Shown here piece after piece: positions 41,488 to 53,589 of a stretch of 64,000 nucleotides of DNA (position 1 is its first letter; every line of letters begins with the position of its first letter). The notes beneath the pieces were generated by a model. That model did no database searches, was not told the DNA's origin, and saw only the letters and a program-made list of their open reading frames with translations. The position numbers and the translations under genes are program-made. The DNA comes from Camelus ferus (lineage: Eukaryota): the NCBI RefSeq assembly GCF_009834535.1, contig NC_045698.1, forward strand, positions 7,814,001-7,878,000. Direction: 5' to 3'.

Positions 41488-41744
41488 AATAAATGCAATC
41501 AAACAAGAGGCAGAGTGGCTAAAAGAGTATTCATTTTTAAACTTTTAAGCTATTTTCTAATCCATTATTTGTACTTTTAGAAAGCAAAGATAACAATTTA
41601 TTCCCACATGATTAAAACTACCCCCCACCCCACCTTTGGCAAGCGGAGAACATTACAGTTAACATGTAAAAGGAATACAATTTAAAAAGCATTATCCTGC
41701 TAAAATCCTCTTCTCTATTTTTTTTTGATACTCCAAGTCTTTCT

Positions 41745-41890
41745 TTTTTTAATTCTGATTTTTTATTGAAGTGTAGTTGACCTACAGTGTTAGTTTCAGG
41801 TATACAGCAAAGCAATTCAGTTATACATATACATACGTGTGTGTGTGTGTACATACATATTATTTTCAGTTCCTTTTCCATTACCTCTTT
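41745..41890 (-). mobile_element. L1 3' end fragment
   Basis: ttttattgaagtgtagttgacctacagtgttagtttcaggtatacagca. Confidence 0.85.
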
Positions 41891-44514
41891 TCTATTTTAG
41901 ATTCTCAAGATCTGGGGTATCTGAGAGAGCCCTTTCATTTCTTATGTCTTCTCTTCTCTAAAGCTCTTCTTATGAAACTGTTGGAGCAGGCATCAAAGAC
42001 ATACCTGAATAGACCAAGTAAAGTTAGGTGTTTTCTCTTCCTCTCTTTTCTCTGAGGTCTTTAAGCAGAGGTCCTCAAATCCGAGTCAACTGGAAATTTC
42101 CTAGTCAGTTTTGCCTTTTCCGCACATGGAGGATTTCCAAGGGGCAAATCGTTAAGTCTCGTTTAAGAAAATAATTATCGGCTCTTCAACTTATTTACAA
42201 CTTCCCCTTCCAAGGAATTCTTATCTGCCAGACCCAGCTGCCAACATTCCTCCACAGGTGTCTGAAGTTAATTAACGAAGAACCCACGTCTCCGCTGGGA
42301 AGGGAGGCTCTCGGGTCTGGGAGACGAGGGCTCTAAAGCAGGGACCTAATCCGAAGACACCGAGTTCTGGCCAAAGCACCCAGCTTTCCGGCTGCCTAGA
42401 ATTCGGCTTGTGAAATCAAGTTATTAAAGCAAGCCAGCAAAGACTGCGCCAATAAATCACCTTGTCTGGGAAACCAGGCTTCTTTTAAAAATACTAATTG
42501 AAATTGCATGTGTTTTAATTAAAACAACAGCTGCCAAGGTCTTGAAGAAACATATTTTGAAACGCCAAGAAGGTATGTCTCTAAAGTGTTCTCAAACTTA
42601 CTTTAAAAAGTGAGCCTTACACATTCCCAGAAATAAAAATACCAAGGTGGCCTCCCCAGGTTGCACTGAGGTTTCCAGGACCTCCAGTCTGGGCACAGCT
42701 GGGATTCCCCAGGGTCAAGAACATAGATACAGAAGATGCCCACGGTGCTGTGTGATGAGTGGCTTATGAGATGTCTGCCCTTCAGAATGGGGTACCCACA
42801 TCCCAGGGGATTTTGCCACATGTAAGCCACCGGCAAGAGATGAGAAAATAACACAGCCTGATGGAGGCATCATATGTTTTTAGAACCCTCTGGTCTCCAG
42901 TTTTGCTAGGAGACACCGAGTGCAAAGTGATTCCGAAGACAGAGGGGATGATGGCCAGGATGCACTTCATTCCTACACCAAAGAATTTAGGCAAACTTTG
43001 AGGATTGCTCTCCTGCTGAACATTTGGAATACGGCTTCCTGGAAATGGAGACACAGGCTTAGGTATCTGTATGTTCCCCCAGAGAACACAGTCTCACAGA
43101 GAGTTGGGTAGAACGTATCCCAAAGTTTGTATGATTGGTGTTGCCAAATCTAGAAGTCCATGGATACACAGCTCAGAAATTCAGCTGTGAGGTCACTAAA
43201 TAAAAGAGAACAGTCAGGAGAGTAGCCTTTCCCCCTCCAGTTCTCCAAAGGAAAACACATTTCTCACCAAGTAAAGTTCTGGCACAGGGTTGGGGGGGGG
43301 GGGAAGGGGTGCCTGTCATTCCAACAACATCACCTTTTTCTTTATTCTGCCCTTATTTTCACTTAAAGACAGAACATTTTTATGTCATTCTTTAAATACA
43401 ACTGGCAACCACTGTCTATAAAGAGTCATTTAAAGACGAAAGGCCAGATAAAGTCTTTCATCTGAATATTTAAAACAGATCGTGGCAAGAGAAAAAGCTA
43501 GGAAGGGAATGCCCTCCCTGTCCACCCCTTCTCCCAAGAATGAATGAAAGTGATGATCTGAAAACTGTGAGAGGGGAGAGAAATAGCATCGGATTTCCTG
43601 CTTAAATAATAATTAACTCCTGGGCAAAAAAAAACTACCCTTCTTTTGTTCGTGACTTCATGAGTGTGGGAAGGTACGAGACGTGCACTGCCAGGTGCAC
43701 CTGGAGATCTGGGGCTCCCTCCTCTTCCGTCTCTCCTGGGGGACAGCTGTGCTTGGGAGCCAGCAGACTTCCCTGGGACACAGCACTTTCGGGTGCCAGA
43801 AAGAGTCGGGTTCTGTCTGGTGCTCCTTTTGAGGCTGGAGCGGGTTGAGAGGGTGTTGCTTGGGTAGAAAAGAAGCTCAGCTGTAAAGAAGGCCAGCCCG
43901 ATGCCAAGAATGGGTCATATCCTACGAATGTACAAGGCACCAGTCAACGATCCTTGCAGATCATTCCAAATACGGTGACCCCACCTCCAGAAGATCACAG
44001 AGCGCCGGAAGAGGGTCACGCGTGGTAGAGAGGATGTGGCTAAAGGACTGAGATGAGCAGGGGAAGGGCCAGGTTCATGGAGCAGTGGAAGGTCCTTCAT
44101 TTCAGTTTAGGTTGGGGAGTAGGGCAGCTGGGAGGGTGCTTCCAGCATCCCAGGCCTGGCTCTCCTGCCAGAAAGTGTGGTGAGCAGCCGCCACCCGGGA
44201 AAGCGAAGGGAGGGTGCTCTGTGAGCTCTGCCAAAAACCTCCTGCAGGAGTACAGTGGCTCTGCCCACCCTTGGCAAATATCGGGGCACATACAGAACAC
44301 ATAACCATTTCCGACCCAATCCCAAACCTCTTCCAAAGTAGCAGCAGAATGAGATTAACTGGAGTCCTGGATTTCTGGCAGCATCTAAGCTATCTTTTCT
44401 TCCTGTCTTCCCTGGATGCTATGGAAAGAGGCTGAAACAGACACCCCCTCTACTCCCTTCTCCCTGTGCAGGACTCCCCAGACCTCTCCTAGATCTGTTC
44501 TCCAGCATAAATAA

Positions 44515-44960
44515 CCCGTGTTACTCACCCATCAGAGAACAGTTCAGCACATATGTACTGCTAGGCACTGCAGGACATAAAAGCAAACAGGGTACCTGAT
44601 TCCTGCCTGTTATCTCACTGAGGGAAGATGCAATACATGCACACATAAAAGTGAAAGACAACGCAAGAATAACATCACACAATGGGAATCTAAGATGCAT
44701 GAAAAGATTTCTTATCAAGTAGATACTACCCTCCTCCTGAGTTCAAGGAGCAGCCTTCATCAGGAGGACCACTCTGAGCTGGGCTCTGAATGATGGGTGG
44801 GAGGTCAGTGGGTGCAGAGATGGAAGAGCCTGCCAGAGAGGGAGACAGCCTGGGCAAAGGTTTGTGAGTGGGGACCTTGGTGCAAAACCCGGTCTGGCTG
44901 AAGAATTCATCAAGAAGAGTGGCGAGAGATAAGAGACAGTTTGGTGACACCACCCAGGGT
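44515..44960 (-). mobile_element. L2 fragment
   Basis: tgtactgctaggcactgcagga...ctgagctgggctctgaatgatggg...acagcctgggcaaagg. Confidence 0.6.
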
Positions 44961-45335
44961 CCCTCCTGCCCAGTGTGTCTATGTGCTTTAAGTTGTTTAT
45001 TTTCTTAGACTTTTGTTTGTTTGTTGGCAGAGAGGATGGGAATTTGGCAAAATAAATACCTGCCATCTTCATCAGGAGCTGTCAAGGGCTGAAATGGATG
45101 GCATTTTGGTAAACTTATTAGAGCAATACAATATTGTTTGTTCTTTTCTCTGAAGCTAATTACTACCATTAAAAAAAAAAAAAGAAAACCTTTCTGAATG
45201 ATGAAATAACACTTTACTCAGAAGGATAATTAACATTTTGGGAAGGTTGCAAAGAAATGTATGGATGCGCGTGAATCTGGACCACTGCACCAGGTCGCCT
45301 AGAAGGACACGGAGATCCACCTGCGGGGCACTTAC

Positions 45336-45338
45336 CAC
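45336..45338 (-). CDS. CTNND2: Putative 3-nt microexon (GTG), adding one Gly
   Basis: Minus strand reads ...ctctgcctctctttgtcctcccacctgggctgctctgtgtttgtctctgcgttcAG|GTG|GTAAGT; about 66 nt free of AG upstream; frame-preserving in a phase-1 intron. No transcript evidence available. Confidence 0.5.
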
Positions 45339-45809
45339 CTGAACGCAGAGACAAACACAGAGCAGCCCAGGTGGGAGGACAAAGAGAGGCAGAGTCCGTG
45401 GCGTTTCTCTCAGTGCTACTGTCTGATCTTCATTAGAGCAGATGGGGTCAAGTAATTGCTGTTCAACAGCTTACTTGGACTTTTCCTTTACAATGTTGTC
45501 CAAGGATGAACAATCCCTTAATCACAGTTGGGGCAGCTGCCCCTCCCACCACCCCTAACTAAAAGAATGATCTAAGAAGAGCTGTAATATAAACTGGACC
45601 CCGGACCAGCAAGGGAAACAACTGGATTTCTTCTGAAATTCTGCGTGTCTGCATGCAGCTAGCAAACTGTAGTAGGAAAGTGAACTGGGTTTTTCTCACA
45701 ATTTTCTTTTTTAAAACAAAGTCCTCCTCTTTAGTGTTTAATTGGCTTACTTACTGTTTTGCTGATTTGGAGTTCATTATAAGATGAGGGCCAGGCTAGA
45801 AAAAAATTA

Positions 45810-46830
45810 ATTCAGCTATTCATTCAGCATTGAGTCCCCGGTGGGGATCAGAGGTCGTTCCAGGTACGTGACCTACATCAATAAACACACGAGACGGAAC
45901 TTCCTGCCCTTAATGGGTTGGCATTCCAGTGCGTGGAGATGGACCAGAAACGAGATAAATAAGTGATACGTTATGTATCAGAGGGTGATTAGTGCTATGG
46001 AGAACAATGAAGCAGGAAAGGAGGTAGAATTTTAAGAATGTCACCAGAAAAGGTTGAACTGAGAAAGTAACACTTGAGTAAAGACCGGAAGGTAGGGGAG
46101 AACTGACCATCTGGGCATCTGGAGGAAGAGGATTCCAGGCAGAGGGAGTGGCACATTCAAAGGCCCTGGGGCAGGATTGCGGCTCACGTCATAAAGGAAC
46201 CGCAGTGAACCAGTGGCCACAGAAAACTTAATGCTGGTGAGAAAGGAGGTAAGGTTGGAGAGGGAATGGAGAGCTGGATCGTATAGCACCGTGTCTGCTA
46301 TGCAAAGACTTAATTTTACACTGAGGAGTGAGAAGAGATGTGCTGTGACTAAGGTTTCAACAGGACAACTCTGGCTGCTGCATTGAGAGGAGACGACACG
46401 GGGTGAGGTTAGAAGCAGGGAGTCTAGGAAAGGGCTATGGTCATAACCCACGTGAGAGATGATGGGGTTTTGGGGGACAAGGCAACGAAGATGAGAAGTG
46501 TCAGGTTCTGGGAAAATGTAGAAGGAAGACCAGATTCGTTGACGGTTTGGATAGGAGGGTGAAGAACTGCGGGAACGACGAGGTGCTTACCCCGGACCAC
46601 CGCAAACACAAGTCGCCGTGGGGAAGACTGCGGAAGGACAGGGTTTGGAGGAGAAGATAAGGAACTCAGGTCCGGAGATGCCTGCTGGACGTCCAGTGGG
46701 GATGCTGGACAGACGGTCAGATGCAGAGATGTGGGAATCACAAGAGATATCTACAGAAGAGTTTCCAGAATACAGACGATCATTAACACCAGGAAACCAT
46801 ATGAGGTCACCAAAGCTTTGACTGAGAGTT
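45810..46830 (-). mobile_element. L2 3' portion
   Basis: attcattca start, tcctgcccttaatggg, ttgagtaaagaccggaagg, caaaggccctggggcagga, ctctggctgctg, gagatgcctgctggacgtcca. Confidence 0.82.
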
Positions 46831-48149
46831 AACCAAAGAGAAAAGTCCAAGTTTAATTTTTTTTTTTCTTAATTCAAAGTCATTGCAGCCTTCTTTTCAA
46901 TATACAAAGTTCTGGAGAGCATCTTCCTATAAACATCACTACTTTGATACAATATTTAAAGCAAAAGAGTGAGCAAAGGTCACATTTCCTTCCTCCTGGA
47001 TAGAATAGGCGAGTGTGGTTTTGTTCAATTCTGCTTTTCTCATTCAAGAAAAAAGTTATTGATTCTGTAAAGCCCATGACGTGGATATTTTCACTCCTAT
47101 TTTTAAACGGCTGGCTCCGTTTCCTGCCTGGTGACATCTGACAGTAAAGGCTTCATCTGGCATGGGCTCCAAATGCTCCTGTCCTGGAGGGAGCACAAGA
47201 TAACAGGCTTCCCAGAAAGAAGAGATGCCTGGAAGCCAGAAAAGCAATCAATAGTTCCCTATTTTGTTATATTTTAATCCACCAAGAGAAATAAAACACA
47301 CACACGCACAACACCTAGCAGCTTGTGCCCAGGCAGCAGCCTGATTAGCTATTGATTTTTCCTCCATTTATCGTGAAGCCATAGGATTTTATGGGAAGCC
47401 CCAGCGCCCTGCTGTCTGAGTCAACTCTGCAAGGAAAAGGAAAGCGGACAGGGAGAGGGCTAATGGCCTAGTTTAAATATACAAAAATCCACTAACAACA
47501 TTTAAATTAAATTCAAACTAAGTATAAATGTAAAACTGTGAGTTTATTTCATGCCTCCTGACGTACTGCGAGGATCATTAAATGCACACAAATAACTGCA
47601 TTTATTAGACACAGGTTTGAAATCTGGTCCCTGTGAATAAATAAATGGCTTGGAGACCTGCAAATGCTTTGGTTTTTACAGAAGGACAGGATGGGCGCTG
47701 TGAGATGGCAGGAGGAAGAGCGGCTGCGCCCCAGACCTCACGGCTTCGTAGCCACGCTCAGGAATTGACCGCTATCGACACGTGAAATCTGGCCCCACGC
47801 CTGAGATTCCGACTGCCCCAGGAACGGAACCTGCCTCTTTGCCCACTCGTCCCTGCCTTCTGCAGACCCCCCAGAGGCTGCAGAGCCTGAACCACTGAAG
47901 CGGGGTCCAGCTCCTGCTGCCTGACCTCACTGACGTCCGTTACCTGCAGTCAAGCTTGCCAGCCTCCGTGCGCACTGACCAGCCACCCTACTGGAAGCGT
48001 CTCTTCCGTCCCAGTAGGACACTGGTCTGTGGCGAGGCCTGTGCCTCTCCCGGGGCAGGGCAGGTCCCTGTGGTTCATCAGTTCTCCAGGCATCAATCAA
48101 CCTTGGCTTGGGTGGGCATCTTCCCCGCTACAGAGGAAGGAACCAGAAG

Positions 48150-48925
48150 GCTTCTCTGACCCGGGCTCCCACCATTCACTCTGCACCGGGCATGTGATGC
48201 CACTGGCTTGTTCCCAGGTCCCCTTTGGAGGTGGGGGGTGGGGGTGCTACCTGCAAAAGGTGCTCCTTCCGCTTAGACGTTCTTCCCCCCCAAACAGCCA
48301 CATGGCCCATTCGCACCTCCTCCAAGTGTTTGCTCAAATGCTACCCTCCCAACAATTCCCATCGCGACCTTCACTTCTGACTTAAAATCGTAACACCTTA
48401 TGCTAAGTGAAGGAAGCCAGACAAAACGGTTCACACAGTATATGATTCCACTTGTATGAAATGTCCAGAATAGGAAAGTCCATGGAACCAAAAGCAGACT
48501 GGTGGCTGCTGGGCGCTGGGGGAGGGGGCAATGTGGGTGACTACAGGGCTTTCCTTAGGGTGACGGAAATGTTCTGGAACTTGACATGGGTGATGGCTGT
48601 GCAACATTACAAAAATACTAAATGCCACCAAAACAGTGTATTTAAAAATGGTTAATTTTATGTTATGTGAATTTCACCTCAATGGGAAAAAAATCACAGC
48701 CTCCCCAAATACAGGCTGCCTAACCAGCTCATTTCCCCCACAGAACGTTTCCAACACACCAGGGGATCCACGTGTGTATTTTGCTGGTTGTACATCTCCC
48801 CTCTCCAGAGTGTAAACTCCACGAGGGCAAGGCTCCCTGTCTGCTCTGCTCACTGGTGTCATCTCTGGGCCCAGAACAGGCCTGGAACGAAGTAGGTCAT
48901 AGACAAACATCTGTTCCATAAACAG
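48150..48925 (+). mobile_element. L2 fragment interrupted by an L1MB 3' end
   Basis: L2 3' motifs tagagtgtaaactccacgagggcaagg and ccagaacaggcctggaacgaagtagg flanking the L1. Confidence 0.7.
48385..48695 (+). mobile_element. L1MB-like 3' end
   Basis: atgctaagtgaaggaagccagaca, tatgattccacttgtatgaaatgtccagaatagg, ttttatgttatgtgaatttcacctcaat. Confidence 0.88.
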
Positions 48926-49362
48926 ACAATGCACGATCTCTTTAATACTTTATCCATAAAAGATCTTCCCTGTTTCTTGAGTATCAAACCAAAGGGAGAT
49001 GATTCTTTAAGAAATAGGATTAAGGATCCAGGATTGTCTAATCCAAAGTAAATTTTAAAACAGAGAGGGGAAGGAAAGTGGCACATATCCCGTTCGCAAC
49101 GTGGAAAACAAACAAGCTGCCTGACGGGGACCTAGAGGATCAGGACAACGGTGCCCAGTGCTGAGCACCGTGCTCGTTTTTAATTTGCAAGGATTAGAAA
49201 TGTCAACAAACATCGCATTTCCCTCTAAATTCTAACAGATGAGTCAGCGCCTTGGATTCACGCTAGACGAACTAGGAAAACAAGGCTCTCACACGTGCAC
49301 TGATTCTGCAGGTGCCTCCCTGCTCTGCAGGCGGATTCAACCACAGGAAATACTTTCATTTA

Positions 49363-49659
<297 letters not shown>

Positions 49660-50574
49660 TTATCAAGACCTCGTTGTCGGATGGGTTCAGTGGGTTAGAC
49701 GTGTATTTAAACATTTTAACTTTATTTCTGCCTTCAACACAGGATAAAGGTTTCAGGGTTGATCGGTTAAGCGCATTTCACTTCTCCGATGCCAGCATTC
49801 TTGGTCCACGCGTTGGAAAGCCATTTGTGTGATGATTATAGTTGATACTTTAAGATACGGAGGTTTGGGACGGGAAGAACTGGTTACTCACATTAAAAGG
49901 AATTTTTTTAAAAAATCCTGGAAAAAGTAGAAAACGATAAAAGGTAGAATCTTGGTGATTTTTTTAAAAAAGAGACTTGTATTTCGGGGGGCGGGGACAG
50001 TGATGAGTTGCCAAAAGTACTGTCGGTAAGTTGTTGGCTGAGGAGTTCAGAGGAAATGAGTCATAATGTGGGCGGGGCGAGGAGATAAATATGACTTTGG
50101 AAATCAAGAGTGAAAAGTTTTTAAAATTTGAAATGTATTATACGCAGGGCCATCATTCGATGTCTGCTTTAGAAAGCAAGCAGTTTGGTTTGGGGCTGGC
50201 GGTTGCTGGCCTTGGGAGAACACACCTCACGCTTCCTGCGGAAATGGACCTGCAGTACCAGGCTGAGAGCGCATCCGGGCTCATTTACCGGGATGCAGGC
50301 AGGCTCAGATTTTCCAGGCACTTGCACACACGCTTTACTCTCTGGTACAATGCTCCAGGGAAGAGTGTGCACCATAACAGTCAACCAGTACGAGGGTCTG
50401 AGCTGTTGCAATTTCATGTATGATCTAAGAAAATTAAATTCATAACACGAGGTTCTGGATTCTGTGGCAGAGTCCTCCTGGGGACCAGCAAAGGTGGAGT
50501 GAGTCCCCAGCCCTCCCCCCAGGTTCCCTCCCCCCTTCCCCCATTGGGACAGGCACCCCAGAGCTGGCTCTCAC

Positions 50575-50649
50575 CTGTGGCAGGCAGGGAGCCCCCTCTG
50601 GCAGTGAACGTAGGGCATACGCCATGCCTGCCACATCCTCAGCCCAGCC
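50575..50649 (-). CDS. CTNND2: Alternative 75-nt cassette exon, GWAEDVAGMAYALRSLPEGAPCLPQ (phase 0-0)
   Basis: Acceptor ttcttaatctcatatttcgtgcAG|GGC, donor CAG|GTGAGA, 25 codons with no stop, in frame between ...GSWK and WSVY...; matches the 25-aa insert I recall from the long rodent isoform. Confidence 0.88.
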
Positions 50650-52635
50650 CTGCACGAAATATGAGATTAAGAAAACACACAACTTCATCCCGTCCTACGT
50701 ACGAAGTCACATTCACATAGTTTCACACCATCAGCTCGCACCATATGCCTTTTCTTCTGCCCCCCACTTGGTGCCTTAAGCTCTACGAAGCCTGAGGGGG
50801 AGGGGAAGCAGAGGGAACTCATGAGAGCATCTCTTGATGGCAATGAACTATTTCACTGCCCCAATCTCAGGGAGCAAAGAAAGGGATGGTCAGAAAGTCT
50901 GAGACGTGGAAAGACCTCGAGGTTTGGAAGCTGCTTATTGAAATTCGGCTGTCTCAATGGGACACCATTTTCTGAGGGAGGTAGGGGCTTCAGGAAGACA
51001 GTTCTAAACCTCCGTCACGTCCACTGGAAATTTCACTGGCAACCTGACGTGCTGAGACAGGATTTTCATCTACCTCCTCCACTACTTGTGAACCTCTGGT
51101 CTCCAGTGCCCAGAAGAGACTAGACACTTGCGCTCCTGCAGCCCATTCATTGTCGGGGTTCTTCCCTAAATCTAAGGAGGGAAGCTAGAAAAAGAAGAAA
51201 GTGGAAATTGGAGCGTGGGGTCAACGTTCACATACTGTAAGAGGAACATCAGTGATACATTCTCACACTGGGGAACATTCTGGACCTTTTGAGAGACCAG
51301 AGGGGATGTTCTTGGGAACTCGGACAGGCTGAAGCGTGGGCCCAGAGATGACCTCCTTCCTGGAACCGCCTCATCCCAGACCCCAGGTGCTGGCTTGTAC
51401 AGCAGTGATCTCTTCTAATTACCAAATTCCTGGGAGAGCAACATTATTATCCTACCGTATAGATGAGGTGTCACCTGTGCCCCGGCCCCCAGTCCTCTGA
51501 CCCTGCCTGCTTTCTGTGATGCTGACAAGATCTCCTCCTCTGCCGTCATCTCCTTCTCTCTTGTCTCAACCTCTGTGCTCTGTCTCCCAGAAACTGCCTT
51601 GCCCTCCCCTGCATCCTTCCACACATGGACTGAGGAGAACCTGCCCATGTCTGAAATGAAGCAAGAAGAGTAGGCTTTCGTGTAGGTTTTCCTCCTTACA
51701 AGCCTAGCTATTTTTACCCCTCCATGTTGGATGGAAAGATGATTTGAGGTTTGGAAAATGAGGAGAATCCTGCTTTGCTGAGAACTGATTTGAGAGGAAC
51801 AAAAAATGGCTATGCACGGCCAAAAACACGTAGGAGTTGAAGACACACCTTTCTGGTATGAGTGAATGGCCAACAGTGATGCGTTCTGCCTGAGCGGAAA
51901 GCGAATACCAGATGATGGGTTTGATCTTGTTACTGATGCATCCAGAATAACCTTTATTCTGAAACTTCTAGCTGTGGGTGTTTGTGTGCGTATGGAAATC
52001 CCCAATATGAGCTCAGTATATGACAATTCAGAATAAATTATTTACATTTCATTCAGAAGACGTGGCAAGTTTCCAACGTTTCCTTGACACGCAAGGATAT
52101 ACAATAGTGATGCTTCTCAAGTGGCAGCCGAGCAGTCTTGGAGTCGGTTTCGTGTGACTTACACGTGAACCTGTGCGTAACCCAGCAACAAAGAGTAAAA
52201 AGCAGCACAGAGGCTGAAAGAGAGAAAAGCATGACCCAGACAAAGGTGTCTGGGAAATGGGGACTGTGTCCAGGTGCACTCAACACAGGAGTGCGAGGCT
52301 CACGTGGAGCTGTTCCCACTGAGACGTGAGTTGCCGTGGAGACCACCGCACCCCCTGGGGAGATCAGCAAAGTCTATGAGTCGCCAAGAGTTCTGTAACT
52401 GAAACAAAAGTAGAAGTACTTCTGGCATAAAAGTAGATGAAGAAGAGAGAAAAGCGTACCTGAACTCATCGTGCTTGAGGTGGAAATCTTTGGACACAAC
52501 TTGACTTTGTGCAAATGGAATGAGAGCACTGTGTACTGAGCCCACCAGTGAGGAGGGAAGGGACAAGCGGGTGTGGACCAGGATGGCTTTAAGAAGAAAG
52601 GTCCATGAGCTGAAGATAGGATGCTTCATAATTCA

Positions 52636-52735
52636 GAAGGACGAGAAGGAAAAGAAGGAAGAGGAATAGAAGTGGGGGAGGAGGATGACAAAGAAGAGAC
52701 GGAAGAGGAGGAGGAGGAAGGGGAGGAGGAGGATC
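52636..52735. repeat. GA-rich low-complexity purine tract
   Basis: gaaggacgagaaggaaaagaaggaagagg...gaggaggaggaggaaggggaggaggagga. Confidence 0.85.
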
Positions 52736-52849
52736 TGGTCCAGGAGGAAACAGTACAGAAACATAACTCAAATTGTTCCTGGTGAGATGTTTTCCCAGTG
52801 AGGACCTCAGGAGAGTTAAGAGACCTCAAAATAACCTCAGCTAAAATAC

Positions 52850-53070
52850 ACCTAACACTTCAAGCAAATGTCAGGTGCTGCTCTAATTTCACTATCTGTT
52901 CTAACTCATTTAGTCCATGTCTCAGTCCTATTGAGGGGCACTACTGTTACTCCCATTTTACAGATGAGAAAAGGGAGGTGCACTAAGGTTGCACAGCCTG
53001 CAGACACTTAACCAGGCCTTGAACCCAGGGAGCAGTGTCTCAGAGTTGGTGTGGTCGGCCATTATTCTCA
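52850..53070 (-). mobile_element. MIR
   Basis: cccattttacagatgagaaa...aaggttgcacagc...ttgaacccagg. Confidence 0.8.
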
Positions 53071-53589
53071 TATGCCTCTCAGAAAGGCAGTGTAAGCTAT
53101 GACAATCTCCACTCACAGTGGATCTAAGCCCTTACAAATTCACCAGTTCATCTGGGTGTAACAATTCATGCGTTTAGTCTTCCAGTAAGCCCTGGGGCAC
53201 TCCTCTAGCCTCCTGAGTTAAAGACCTTTCTAGTTCTGGACATTTCAATTTGGTCTTGGGAATAATTTGTCAGGACGTAGTAGACCTGAGGTAAGAAGTC
53301 TGGAAAGGATGGCTTCTATTTGCATGTGACGAGACAACAATTCAAGACAATAAATGCTATTCCTTTTCCTCCTTGTCCATGGCTCTTCCTGGAGAGAGGC
53401 TCCAGCACTTCCAAGGAAGGGATGTCAGGATGGGACAGATAAGAAAGCAGCAGACGTTCAGTGTTTAGGGCTGGAAGGTACAGACGCAGGTGAAAGACGG
53501 GAGATACTGGAAAGGGGATGAGAACAGACAGAAGACAATATGCCTCCTCCTCTGAGTCCACACAGAGCCTCCAAGCAGGGGAGAGAAGC

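Noticed and set aside
51415..52026. 203-aa ORF on the minus strand
   Set aside because: No resemblance to delta-catenin or any family I know; composition typical of random intronic ORFs.
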